Below, in pieces: positions 36,346 through 56,855 of a stretch of 64,000 bases of DNA. The notes beneath the pieces are model-generated. The model did no database searches. It was not told the DNA's origin and was given only the letters and a program-made list of their open reading frames with translations. The position numbers and the translations under genes are program-made. Origin of the DNA: the human T2T-CHM13v2.0 reference genome, Homo sapiens. Location of the stretch: NCBI RefSeq assembly GCF_009914755.1, contig NC_060940.1. The stretch is one strand, 5' to 3'. Positions within the stretch are counted from its first letter, which is position 1, and each line of letters starts with the position of its first letter.

Positions 36346-37424
36346 TCAGCATTTCCCTTTAGGGAACTCTCAAGGTTTCCTGAGTGTAAGGAACAAGGAG
36401 AAAGAGAGAGAGAAAAAAAAAATCCCCTTTCAAGAACTTCCTTGCTTCATGCTGTTTCTCACTCAACCACAACTTCCCTCGGTTAACCAGCCTTGCCTAT
36501 CTGGCTGGCCTGACCAGCCAGGACAGTCGATGCCAGAGATGAAACCTTATGAATTCTGTATTCTAGATACTTTAGCTGTGTTTTTCCTTAATCTCATAAC
36601 AACCTCAAGAGCCCATAAAATGGTATTGAGAGAATCACTTATTTTTGCTTCTCATATTTTCAAGGACAGGAGGAGATTCCTATTCCATTCCCCAGCGGGG
36701 CCAAGTGTGGAGGAACATGTCTATCTAGCTTTCATTCTCCTTTTCCCCAGAGCAGGAGGAGGATTTCTCTGACTGATAACTTTCTGAGAAGGTGGGGTGC
36801 TGGGTTGGACCGCCCTGTACCCTGGTAATGGGCTGTCTGCAGTTGCTGTGTTAGTGACTGGGGGTAAAGTATTTTCACTTCAACCACATCCTCCAGTCTA
36901 GCTCTTGTCAGCAATGATGATGACATTTTGATCTCTACCTGCTTTTCTTCCTTAGTTCTGAACTCAGAAGGGGCAGAAAGAGTGTTTATTGGTCTCCTAA
37001 AACTCCAACAGTGGTTGCTATTGTTTTTCTTCCTGTTTCAAAGATGAGGAAACCAGCCGGGGGTGGTGGCAGGTGCCTGTAGTCTCAGCTACTTGGAAGC
37101 CTGGGGTGGGAGGATTGTTTAAGCCCAGGAGTTCAAGGTGTGCCTGGGCAACATAGCGATATCCTGTCTCTTACCTGCCCCCCCACAAAAAATGTAAATT
37201 AAGGGGGAAAAAAGAGGAAACAGAAGAATAGAGAAATTCTGGAATGTTCCACAGAGCTAGTCAGTGAAGTGGTAGAAATAGCCATTTGAATCCAGGCAGT
37301 CTGACTGTAAGCAGGCAGCTTGGCTTCAAACTGCATTTTAAAACCTTGTTTTCTTTCCTTCTTTCTCCCCAGTCTCAAGATACAACTTTGAGACAAGCTG
37401 CATATGTGTTTCCTGTCATCTTGA

Positions 37425-38495
<1,071 letters not shown>

Positions 38496-39123
38496 TGACT
38501 CTGCTGACTGGCCTTATGTGCTATGCCATAATGACAGCAGCAGCAAGCTTGGATATGCAGCCAGCCCCTTCTTCTGCCCTTGTGCAAAGGTAAGCAAGAG
38601 GAGAGCACATGGTCTCATGACCAACCCCTTAGTCTTGGACCTTCCTTGCCGTAGGATGCTGTCAAAACCAGACAGATGTGCACGTGGAATGTTGCTCGGC
38701 ACACCCAACCAATCAGATCAGCAGACAAAGATGCTCTCTGGCCAGCAGTGTCCTGGGTTCCGTGTTTTTGGTACAATCACATGTAGGGCCTTCGAGTAAG
38801 AAACGGTTATATCATCATTCTTCAACTACACACACAAGGTTTTAATAAATTTGCAAACTGTTGAACGTCTCTCATCCCCTGTCAACAATCCAAGCCACCA
38901 TCATCTCTCTGACAACCATGAGGTCTCCCCATAGCCTTTTTGGCCTGTCTGTAAGTGTCAAGAGCTACAACCAGTAGGAGATTCGGATAAATTATTTACA
39001 AATATCGATGCTGCAGCCAGAGTGATCTTCTCAAATTGCAAATCTCATCTGTCAGACCATTACTTAGGATCCTCCAAGAGCTTTCCCTCAGGGTCAGAAT
39101 AAAATCCAAAGCCCTTGCCTTGA

Positions 39124-40452
<1,329 letters not shown>

Positions 40453-40563
40453 TGTTCCCAGGTTAAGCAGTGAATGCATCATCTAATTTATGCTGTAAGA
40501 TCTGTCTCCCTTCTCTGGGGAAAAAGCGTGGAGGAGGCCAGAGTAGACTGGGAAGAACATAGG

Positions 40564-41104
<541 letters not shown>

Positions 41105-41562
41105 ATATATATATATAATATATATATATATATTTTTTCTTTTTTCTTCCCAGTGGCAGTATTGGTCTAGGTGCCAGAGGATGGGGGCTTGGACCAGGGA
41201 AGTTGCAGTGGGGAGGGAGTGGAGGAATCTGAGAGCTATTTTGGAGGAAGAATCTCTGCATTCAAGCGTGGAGGGCGTGCTTCTCCTTAGCTGCAGGAAA
41301 ACCTCAATGCGTCTGCTGCTTCTAGTCTCTTATTCTCTCCCTTTATATATTTCCTTTGCATTTTTATTATCCATGTATTGAAACTCCTCTGACATTGATT
41401 CAAACTGCTACAACTGCCACAATACCGAGAGGAGCTATTTATAACACGCAGTCCTTAGGTGGGAATGCAGCTCTCTGCCAAGTGCTACTACAGAGATTGT
41501 CGGCAGTCTGCCAGCTCCCAAATGTTTCTAATTCAAAGCATTTTCCCATCACCCTCTACAGC

Positions 41563-41775
41563 TAGGATTTCTCAACAGGGGCACAATTGACATTTTGGGT
41601 GAGATAATTCTTTGTTGTAGGGACCTGTCTTGTGAATTGTAGGATGTTTAGCAGAATCCCTATCCTCTACTCACTAGATGCCAATAACAACCACTCCCCT
41701 ACACCCGGTGTGACAAGAAAACCTCACCAGACATTGTCTAATGTCAAAACTGTCCCCAGTTGAAAATGATTGTTC
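41563..41775. mobile_element. MER20
   Basis: tttctcaacaggggcacaattgacattttgg...gtaggatgtttagcag...ccagacattgtc. Confidence 0.75.
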
Positions 41776-41834
41776 TACAGAGATAATTCAGAGAAAGCCC
41801 TGCCCCTAGGGCTGAGCTAATAATTCAGCATTCA

Positions 41835-42755
<921 letters not shown>

Positions 42756-43059
42756 ATTTGGCATCCTCTTTCTACATACTCCATGGGACACACACATCAA
42801 ATCTAATGAAGGCTTCTCAGCTCCCTGTATGGGGTGTGAAAGAACAATTAGTTAAGGGTTTGTGGTTGGTTGTGTGTCCACCAAAGTGACTGGGGCATCA
42901 GCCCACTATCTCTCACTGCTTCTCATTGGCTCATCAATAGAACACATTCTTGCCAGGCCTACCTGTCTTTAAAGCCCAGCCCAATTCTCACTTCTTCCAT
43001 GAAACCTTCTTGTCCTACTCAACTTCCTGTGGCTGGTTAGGACAATTGAATAATTGATT

Positions 43060-43230
43060 ACTTAATTGATTGATTCATTCATTCAACAAATATTTACTGA
43101 GCACCTACTAAGTGCCAAGCATTCTAAGTGCTGGGAATATAACACTAAACAAAGCAATGTCTGTTCTCATCAGCTTACATATGAGAGGGGAAGGCAGGCA
43201 ATGAATGAATGAACAAATGAATAAATGTTA
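43060..43230 (-). mobile_element. L2 3'-end remnant
   Basis: ttcattcattcaacaaatatttactgagcacctac. Confidence 0.7.
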
Positions 43231-43251
43231 CAGTGTCAGTGAGCAACTGCT

Positions 43252-45414
<2,163 letters not shown>

Positions 45415-45854
45415 CTACCCTTCCCCTCCAGCTTACCAGTCAAAAATAACTTGCAGTTTCCGGAAGAACGTGCATCTTGCAAGAAGCCCTGGAATCTGCT
45501 GCCCGGCACAGAATGTCGGTCAGGGTTGAACCCCTCTCTCTCCGGCTTTGCTTGGCTTTCCTTTCACCACCTGTTACCTCATTTCATTCAGAATTCCTGT
45601 TGGTTTCTGCGCTGGAATCCCTGATTTTCCTCAAGTGTGGAAAACACAGCACTGATGAGATACCAGTTGCTTTTCAGCGGTAAACTGACAGACTTGTAAG
45701 AAATCATGACTGTTGTGTATTTATTTTTATAGTTCTCTTATGTTTTGGTGAGAAATACTGGGCTTCTAGTTAGTATAGCAATAAACTATTTCCCTTATAT
45801 TTAGCTCTACTTATTTACTTTTTTTTTTTTAATACAGATAACTCTTGTTTGTTT

Positions 45855-46265
45855 ATTTTAGAGACAGAGTCTTGCTCTGTCGCCCAGGCTGGAGTGCAAT
45901 GGTATGATCTCGGCTCACTGCAGCCTTGAACTAACTCCTAAGCTCAAGCGATTCTCCTACCTCAGCCTCCTGAGTAGCTGGGACTACAGGTGTGCACCAC
46001 TGCACCTGGCTAATTAAAAAAAAATGGGCATTTGATGTCGGTGCCTGCTTGGGTCTCTTCCAAGCATACTTTCCTTTCCTTTCTTTCCTGTTCTAAAGCC
46101 TTTTAAATAAACTTACACTCCTGCTCTGAATTTTTTCTTTTTTTTTTGAGAAATGAGGTCTTGCTATGTTGCCCAGGTTGCTCTCAAATTTCTGACCTCA
46201 AGAGATCCTCCAGCCTGGGCTTCCCAAACTGTTGGGATTGCAGGCATGAGCCACTGTACCTGGCC
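45855..46265 (-). mobile_element. AluJ with a MER50-like LTR fragment (46025-46130) in its linker
   Basis: Alu arms on either side of ctttcctgttctaaagccttttaaataaacttacactcctgctctgaa. Confidence 0.7.
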
Positions 46266-46429
46266 TACATTTAACTTTAAACAGTTGAGTTGAAGAAAAA
46301 AATAACTGAGTCATATTTCAGGTGACATGTAGGTACGTCCAAAATCATCAAGGGGATGTAAATGACTCAGAGTGGGAAATTCTCAGTTGGTGCCCCAGGA
46401 CCGAGGACTCTGTCCCTGGGGTGGGGGTT

Positions 46430-47550
46430 GCTAGCAGCCGCAGGTCTTTGGGGAAGCCCGTGTAGGGTCTAAGACCACCGAGCTGGCGACCGAGTCCTGG
46501 CCCCTCCGCTCCTGGTGCTGCGCGGCCTTCCCTGCTCCCGGGCCAGGCTTCCCCATTTCTGCAAGGCGGAGGGTCCGCCCGCCCTTCCTGCGGAGACACT
46601 CGCTTTTTTTTTTTTAATTTTAATTTTAATTTTTATTTGACTTTAAGTTCTGGGATACATGTACAGAACGTGCAGGCTCGTTACATAGGTATACATGTGC
46701 CATGGTGGTTTGCTGCACCTATCAACCCGTCATCTAGGTTTTAAACCCCGCATGCATTAGGTACTTGTCCTAATGCTCCCCCTCCGCTTGCCCCCCACCC
46801 ACCGATAGGACCCGGTGTGTGATGTTCCTCTCCCTGTGTCCAGGTGTGTTCCCATTGTTCAACTCCCACCCCTGGACACTCGCTTTTTCACCCTCCTGCC
46901 AGCTTTTCTGCTTAGACCTGGACACAGAGTGCAGCGGGAAACTTTCAGCTCTCACACATACCTATCAAGCATTTATTGAGCTCCTGTGAACACAGACACT
47001 CCTGCTCTCTCCAGGAAGCGCTCCCGGCTCAGGGCGCCTTGGGTCCGTGGCGCCACCTGCTGTTCTCGCGGCGCCAGCGCAGTCTGCGAGGCCGTCCCAG
47101 CTCTTTCCACCCGAGCGCGAGGTAGACGCCGGGGCCACCCGCAGCACGCAGAGCTTCTGGGAGCCGGTGGCAAGGCCGAATTGGGATGCAAACCAAATGG
47201 ACGTGGGTGACTGGCAGAAAACGCCTCCCACAAATGGGAGGGATTTCGGAGGGAACCGAAAGAAAGTTGGTAAGCACCCACAGCCCCGAGCTTGGCTTTT
47301 GTTTTTTCTCTCTGACAAAAAAGCTTGGAAGGGCACTTCCAGGCAACCAGGGGCGACTGGGTCAGCTGCTACCCGCGCTGCTTCCTCGAATGTGGAGAGA
47401 GCAGCTGGGGAGGTGGGGGAGTGCATCAGAAGCTCAGTAAAATGCAACGGGGACTTTGCACCCTCTTTTTGCTGCTTCAAGTGGACAGAAGGTGATCAGA
47501 TGTCAGAGCGGGGAGGGCGACTTCCTCCATCCCTACCCCCGCCCTCAGGT
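46430..47550. promoter_or_regulatory. Second CpG island (orphan promoter or enhancer), split by an L1 insertion
   Basis: Non-repeat CpG-dense blocks at 46430-46600 and 47015-47390; GC boxes; CTCF-like motif at 47048-47063. Confidence 0.7.
46604..46874 (-). mobile_element. 5'-truncated L1PA7/8-like 3' end
   Basis: L1 3' UTR, poly(T) on the + strand, TSD GACACTCGCTTTTT. Confidence 0.88.
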
Positions 47551-47760
47551 CACATGAGGGAAATTACTCCCCAAAGCTCTCTTTCTTAACACTGTCTGGT
47601 GATGACTCCAGAACTTCTCAGCATCTAGAACGACAACCTTAGCACGTCAGTCTGCCTGGGCCTGCCACCTCCGGAGGCCCAGAAGTGACACCGAAGGACA
47701 CAGGGCATCTCCATCTAGCTGTTCTCAGCTTTGATGTGCCCGAATTAAAGGGGTAGGGTG

Positions 47761-48632
<872 letters not shown>

Positions 48633-48823
48633 GAATGGGGAGACAAAGACTTAGAGAACTTACTTGACTTTTCCAATGCCAGTAAATGGCAGGGACAGGA
48701 TTTGAATTCAGTTCAGTATGATTTCAAGGTACATGTTCCCCTTTTTTTCTCTTTCCCAGTATAACAAGTCTCCTTACTCAACTGAAATAGACATCAATGA
48801 TGTATTTGGGCATAATGATTTTT

Positions 48824-50263
48824 TTTTTCTTCTTTTTTTTCTAATTTGACTTTAAGTTCTGGGATACATGTGCAGAACGTGAAGGTTTGTTACACAGGTA
48901 TACATGTGCCATGGTGGTTTGCTGCACCTATCAACCTGTCATCTAGGTTTTAAGCCCCACATGCATTAAGTATTTGTCCTAATACTCTCCCTCCCCTTAC
49001 CCCCCATCCTCTGACACGCCCCGGTGTGTGATGTTCCCCTCCCTGTGTCCATGTGTTCTCATTGTTCAACTCTCACTTATGAGTGAGAACATGCAGTGTT
49101 TGGTTTTCTGTTCCTGTGTTAGTTTGCTGAGAATGATGGTTTCCAACTTTATCCATGTCCCTACAAAGGACATGATCACACTCTTTTTTATGGCTGCATA
49201 GTATTACATGCTGTATATATGCCACGTTTTCTTTATCCAGTCTATCATTGATGGGTATTTGGGTTGGTTCCAAGTTTTTGCTATTGTAAATAGTGCTGCA
49301 ATAAACGTACGTGTGCATGTGTCTTTATGACAGAATGATTTATAATCCTTTGGGTGTATACCCGGTAATGGGATTGCTGGGTCAAATGGTATTTCTGGTT
49401 CTAGATCTTTGAGGAATCGCCACACTGTCTTCCACAATGGTTGAGCTAATTTACACCGTCACCAACAGTGTAAAAGCATTCCTATTTCTCCACATCCTCT
49501 CCAGCATCTGTTGTTTCCTGACTTTTTAATGATCACCGTTCTAACTGGCGTGAGATGGTATCTCATTGTGGTTTTGATTTGCATTTCTCTAATGACCAGT
49601 GATGATGAGCTTTTTTTCATATGTTTGTTGGCCACATAAATGTCTTCTTTTGAGAAGTGTCTGTTCATATCCTTCATCCAATTTTTAATGGGGTTGTTTG
49701 TTTTTTTCTCGTAAATTTGTTTCAGTTCCTTGTAGATTATGGATATTAGACCTTTGTCAGATGGATAGATTGCAAAAATTTTCTCCCATGCTGTAGGTTA
49801 CCTGTTCATTCTGATGATAGTTTCTTTTGCTGTGCAGAAGCTCTTTAGTTTAATTAGCTCCCATTTGTCAATTTTGGCTTTTGTTGCCATTGCTTTTGGT
49901 GTTTTAGTCATGAAGTCTTTGCCCATGCCTATGTCCTGAATGGTATTGCCTAGGTTTTCTTCTAGGGTTTTTATGGTTTTAGGTTTTACATGTAAGTCTT
50001 TAATCCATCTTGAGTTAATTTTTGTATAAGGTGTAAGGAAGGGGTCCAGTTTCAGTTTTCTGCATATGGCTAGCCAGCTTTCCCAGCACCATTTATTAAA
50101 TAGGGAATCCTTTCCCCATTGCTTGTTTTTGTTAGGTTTGTTGAAGATTAGATGGCTGTAGATGTGTGGTGTTATTTCTGAGGCCTCTGTTCTGTTCCAT
50201 TGGTCTATATATCTGTTTTGGTATCAGTAGCCTTGTAGTATAGTTTGAAGTCAGGTAGCATGA
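48824..50263 (-). mobile_element. 5'-truncated L1PA7/8-like element (ORF2 C-terminus and 3' UTR)
   Basis: [43 protein letters not shown]; TSD GGGCATAATGATTTTT at 48808 and 50264. Confidence 0.92.
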
Positions 50264-50444
50264 GGGCATAATGATTTTTAAATTGATTTCTTAAATAGGC
50301 AACACAGGGCTGGGCGTGGTGGCTCACGCCTGTAATCCTAGTACTTTGGGAGGCTGAGGTGGGTGGATCACAAGGTCAGGAGATCGAGACCATCCTGGCC
50401 AACATGGTGAAACCCTGTCTCGACTAAAAGTACAAAAAAAATTA

Positions 50445-50626
<182 letters not shown>

Positions 50627-50748
50627 TCATAACAATGTGAATATACTTAACGTTACCAAACTGTACAGCTGAAAGTGGTAAAGATTATATATTTTATGTT
50701 GTGTTTTTTTATACCACAATTTTTAAAAAGGCATTCAGTGGAAGGGCG

Positions 50749-53700
50749 CCCACAGATGGGAGGGATTTTGGAGGGAACCGAAAGACAGTTGGTAAGCACC
50801 CACAGCCCCAAGCCTGACCTTTTTTTTCTCTCTAACATGAAAGCTTGCAAGGACACTCACCATGTGCCCTGCTTATTCAATTAATCACTTAATTGATCAT
50901 GCTGTCATCTTTTTCTGCATTATAACTCCCTGAAGTAGGTGCCATTATTATTCCCTATTTTGAGATGAAGAAAATAATGCACAGAGAGGCTGAGCAACTC
51001 ATCAGGGTCACACAGCTCCTGAATGGCAGATTGTGAGTCCGGGAGGTTTGGCTCCAGGCGTTGCCCTCCTTTCTACTCTCTGCTGCCTCTGTGGCCTTTT
51101 CTCTTTGTCTTGGGAAGTCAGGGAGGGAAAGCTGGGCCACGTTTACTTTAATTCAGCATAAAACAATAACAAGGCAACCAGGGGCAACTGGGTCTGCTCC
51201 TACCTGCACTGCTCTCTCTGTCTCTGTCCCCCGTCTTCCTAGTGGACTCCCTTAGGGATAACCACTACTGTTTGTTTTTTGTGGAACTTTCCACCTTTTT
51301 TTTTGTATGTGCGTTGGGGTTTCAATCTGTTGCCCAAGGTGGCGTGCAGTGGAACGATCAAGGGTCACTTCAGCCTCAAACTCCTGGGCTCAAGTGATTC
51401 TCCTGCCTCAGACTCCTTAGTTGCTGGGACTATCTTTCTACATTTTATTTTATTTATTTTTATTTTTATTTTTGAGATGGAGTCTCAATCTGTCACCCAG
51501 GCTGGAGTGAAGTAGTGTGATCTCTGCTCACTGCAACCTCCACCTCCTGGGTTCACACAATTCTCCTGCCTCAGCCTCCTAGTAGCTGGGATTACAGGTG
51601 CATGCCACCATGCCCAGCTAATTTTTATATTTTTAGTAGAGATGGGGTTTCGCCATGTTGGCCAAGCTGGTCTCGAACTCCTGACCTCAGGTGATGATCT
51701 GCCTGCCTCAGCTTCCCAAAGTGCTGGGATTACAGGTGTGAACCACCATGCCCAGCCGTAGCTTGTTATTTTCATAGGACGAAATCTATCTATATAAGAA
51801 CATTGAGAGCCCCCACATTCTATTGCTTTTATCTGCTCAAGCAGCTTATTTTACAATTTCTTTCACTAGTTCCCTAATGATGGGCATTTATTTTATTAAT
51901 TTTTAGAGATGAGGTCTCCCGATGTTGCCCAGGCTGGAGTGCAGTGGCTATTCACAGGTGCAATCATAGTGCACTATAGCCTTGAACTCCTGGGCTCAAG
52001 GGATCCTGCTACCCCAGCGTCCAGAGTAGCTGAGACTGTACCTGGTTTCCTGAAGGGCAGTTTGTTTCCAGTCTCTTGAAGACACATTGTTAACTATGAC
52101 CCAGATGAGCAGGCTCAAATTACCCAGGGTTTAAACTGCAACTACAGAGTAAAGAGTGTCTAGACTCACCCTTGAAAACAGCCAGGCCCCACATTTGAGA
52201 CCAGCCACCTTATCTCAGTAAATGCGAGGCTGTTTCTCCTCCGGCCTTGGAATGGATCACTGTTGAGGCACCATGTGAAGTCGCAGGTGTGCATTTAGAG
52301 GCCTGATGGTACAAATCATGTCTTTACACACTGCAGTCATTCGCGTTGTGGTCAGCTCCTGCTGCAAGAGTCTTTTGGAACAAAGGGCCTAGTGGATTCA
52401 CAGCCTCCATCTCATGTCCTCTGTGGTCTCGTTGCATCCATAATGAGTGGACTCACTCAAGGTGTTAAACTTGTTTGGGGAGTGTAGGAGCAGATGAACA
52501 TACAGATGAGCTTTGACAGTTCCTGTGGGGTGCTGGTGGCTGCCTTATGCTGAGCTGCGTGGTGGTGATTGCTCCCCATGGGTGCTCCGATGGGCCTTCT
52601 GCGATCACTTTCCCCACTCTCCCTCATCAGACTGTGAGCTCCCTAAAGCCCAAAGTGGAGATCATGGGTCCCTGCAGTTCTCACAGCCTTGGACATAAGC
52701 CCTCGGTGCAGACAATGACTGAGCACTCACCATGTGTCCTGCTTATTTAATTTATCACTTAATTGATCATGCTGTCATCTTTTTCTGCATAATAACTCCC
52801 CGAAGTAGGTGCCATTATTATTCCCTATTTTGAGATGAAGAAAATAAGGCACAGAGAGGCTGAGCAACTCGTCAGGGTCACACAGCTCCTGACTGGACAG
52901 ACTGTGAGTCCGATAGATTTGGCTCCAGGCGCTGCCCTCCTTTCCACTCTCTGCTGCCTCCGTGATCTTTTCTCTTTGTCTTGAGAAGTCAGGGAGGGAA
53001 AGCTGGGCCACGTTTACTTTAATTCAACATAAAACAATAACATTTGATTTAGCAGAGTGTATTGTGTTTGAGTTCCGGCTCTGCTAATAATTAGCTGTTA
53101 CAACCTTGGGACAGTTACTTAATGTTTTCATTTATCATCCATAAAACGGCAACAATGACACTGATTTCACAGGGCTGTTGTGCGGCTGGGTGAACCGGCA
53201 TGCATAAGGAACTCGGCTCACTGCAGCCTTGACTTCCAAGAGGTCGCCAATTCCATTTGCCACAAATGGGCCAGGTCCTCAGAGTATGGGGCCCGGAACC
53301 GCAGCACAGACCTCACTCAAGAGCTTGTTAGAAATGCACAGTGCTGGCTGGGCGCGGTGGCTCACACCTGTAATGGGAGGCCGAGGCGGGCGGATCTCCT
53401 GAGCTCAGAAGTTCGGAATGACCCTGGGCAACATGGTGAAACCCCGTCTCTACTGACATACAAAAAATTAGCTGGGCGTGGTGATACGCGCCTGCAGTCC
53501 CACCTACTTGGGAGGCTGAGGCACGAGAATCGCTTGAGCCCCCGGAGGTGGAGGTTGCGGTAAGCTGAGATTGCACCACTGCACTCCAGCTTGGGCTACA
53601 GAGTGAAGAATTCGTCTCAAAGAACAAAAACAAAAACAAACAAACAAAAAAGAAATGCACAGTGCCAGGCCCCATCCCACAGCCCCAAGCCTGACCTTTT

Positions 53701-53871
53701 TTTTCTCTCTAACATAAAAGCTTGCAAGGACACTCGCCATGTGCCCTGCTTATTCAATTAATCACTTAACTGATCATGCTGTCATCTTTTTCTGCATAAT
53801 AACTCCCTGAAGTAGGTGCCATTATTATTCCCTATTTTGAGATGAAGGAAATAAGGCACAGAGAGGCTGAG
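50749..53871 (+). repeat. Mosaic local duplications (50749-51213 and 53676-53871; sources 47227-47382 and 52724-53042)
   Basis: Direct sequence alignment between the blocks; see findings. Confidence 0.9.
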
Positions 53872-53915
53872 AATCGGAATCTGCATTTTCATAAGGTGCC
53901 CAGGTGAGGCGTAAG
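53270..53915. mobile_element. MER5A1-like element interrupted by an Alu (53346-53652) and a templated insertion
   Basis: gagcttgttagaaatgcac...caggccccatccca | gaatcggaatctgcattttcataaggtgcccaggtga; Alu TSD AGAAATGCACAGTGC. Confidence 0.7.
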
Positions 53916-54483
53916 CGTGCTACAGCCCTAGAAGCCCTTCTCTACAGCAGTGGATTCAATCACCTTCCACTAGGACCCCCCGCCCAGTTATACCCGTGGT
54001 GTGGGGTTGGGGCTGGGCAGCCCAATTTTACCAGCTGCTTCAGCCTATTCTGAGGTGTGGGGATCCAGCTACAAGAAAGAGCAGAGATAAAAGACGGAAG
54101 CAGTTTCATCATTTTTGATGTGACAAGGAAGTCACGTTTTTGTCTGGAGTTCTCGGACTCTGTCATCTTTTTCTGGGTTCTCCTTCCGTCCTGACTCAAC
54201 TTGGCATTTTGAGAAATGAAGCTTTAGCGACTCAGGAAGGGTGGCCAGAGACAACAGTGCCACCTTGTGGCAGCAGCCTGGCATTACAGTCCTGGAAGGC
54301 GGCTGTTTAAATGGAAAGAACTGTGATAACAGGGTAGTCATAGAGAAATCTCAGCGAGCCTTTATTATATGCCAGACGCCATGCCAAGTCTTCTTCATGG
54401 ATTTGTTTATTTAAAACTCACAAGAGTAAGAAGTAGATACTATTATTATCCCAGTGTTACAGGCCTGGAGGAATGGAGCTTGA

Positions 54484-54814
<331 letters not shown>

Positions 54815-55126
54815 TGATCAACCTGCCTTGGCCTCCCAAAGTGTTGAGATTACAGGTGTGAGCCACCGCGCCTGGCCTGATTCTAACCTTTGGATATATT
54901 TCCTTTTTAAAAAAAGAAGGATCCCTTTCTGGTGGGGACCTCCAGATTTTAGACTCTTTAGACCTGTGCTATTTTATTGACTGGAGCCAAGCAGTGAAGC
55001 CCTGGGTGGGGAGCTGGGGACCTGGGCTCTGGTGTTAGCTCCCCTCTCTCCTACCCAGGGAGTCCCGGGCAGTCATTCAGGTTCTTTTTCTTAGTTTGTA
55101 GGTGGAGGATAATAATATTTCACCTG

Positions 55127-55454
<328 letters not shown>

Positions 55455-55619
55455 TTATAGCATCTTTGCAAGAATCTATGGAAAACAGACAATTGGAATT
55501 GAAATTGTATAGCAGTGGGAAAGGCAAGGTAGTGTCTGATATTCTTAGCAAATAGAAGGGTAAAAAGATGCGATTTTCCCTGATACCTCAAACCAACTGC
55601 ACTTGAATTAACATAGAAA

Positions 55620-55885
55620 CAGAAAACCAAATACCCCATGTTCTTACTTATAAGTGGGAGCAAAATATTGGGTATTGGGACACAAAGATGGAAACAATAG
55701 ACACTGGGGACTCCTAGAGGGTAGAGGAAGAGAGCTGCAGGGGTTGGAAAACTACTTATTGGGTCCTATGCTTGTGACAGAATCAATCGTACCTTAAACT
55801 TCGGCATCATGCAATATACCCATGTAACAAACCTGCATGTATATCCTCTGCATCTAAAACAAAAGTTGAAATTAAAAAAGAAAAG
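55620..55885 (+). mobile_element. L1PB-like 3' end fragment
   Basis: agaaaaccaaataccccatgttcttacttataagtgggag...atacccatgtaacaaacctgcatgt. Confidence 0.75.
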
Positions 55886-55963
55886 AAGAGACGTGGCTGG
55901 GCAAGGTGGGTCACACCCATAATCCCAGTACTTTGGGTGGGCACCTGTAATCTCAGCTACTCA

Positions 55964-56068
<105 letters not shown>

Positions 56069-56099
56069 TCAAAAAAAAAAAAAAAAAAGAAGAGACGTG

Positions 56100-56440
56100 G
56101 TTGTGCTAGGTTAATAATAAACCCTAAACTCTCAGCAGTTCAAAAGAACAGAGTGTCTTTCTCACCCCATGCTGTGTGTCCACTGCAGGTCCACCAGGGG
56201 CTCTGCTTGTCTTAGTCACTCAGGGGCCTTGTGTGACAGAGACTCCATCTCAACAAGTGCTTCTGTGACCCAGCAGGCAGTAAAAAGAGGATGGAGACCA
56301 CAGACTGACCTGTCTGCTTCTGCCTAAAAGTGACACATGTCATTTTCACTCATACTTCATGGGCCAAAGCAGATCACATGGCCGTGCACGAGCTCAAGTG
56401 GGTGGAGAGGTGCAGCCCCACCATGTGCCCAGAAAGAGAG
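56100..56440 (-). mobile_element. MLT1K/L-like MaLR LTR remnant
   Basis: aaagtgacacatgtcattttcactcatacttcatgggccaaagcagatcacatggcc. Confidence 0.55.
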
Positions 56441-56541
56441 CTGAGCATTTGAGACCTTTCTTTCTTCTTTTCTGCTTTCCCTCTTCCCTTCTTCCTGCTT
56501 TCCTTCCCTTCTTATTTACTAAGTGCCTACTATTTAGATGA

Positions 56542-56855
<314 letters not shown>

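Noticed and set aside
46965-47589. Overlapping 171-180 aa ORFs in the second CpG island
   Set aside because: Expected from stop-poor GC-rich DNA; no recognisable domain.
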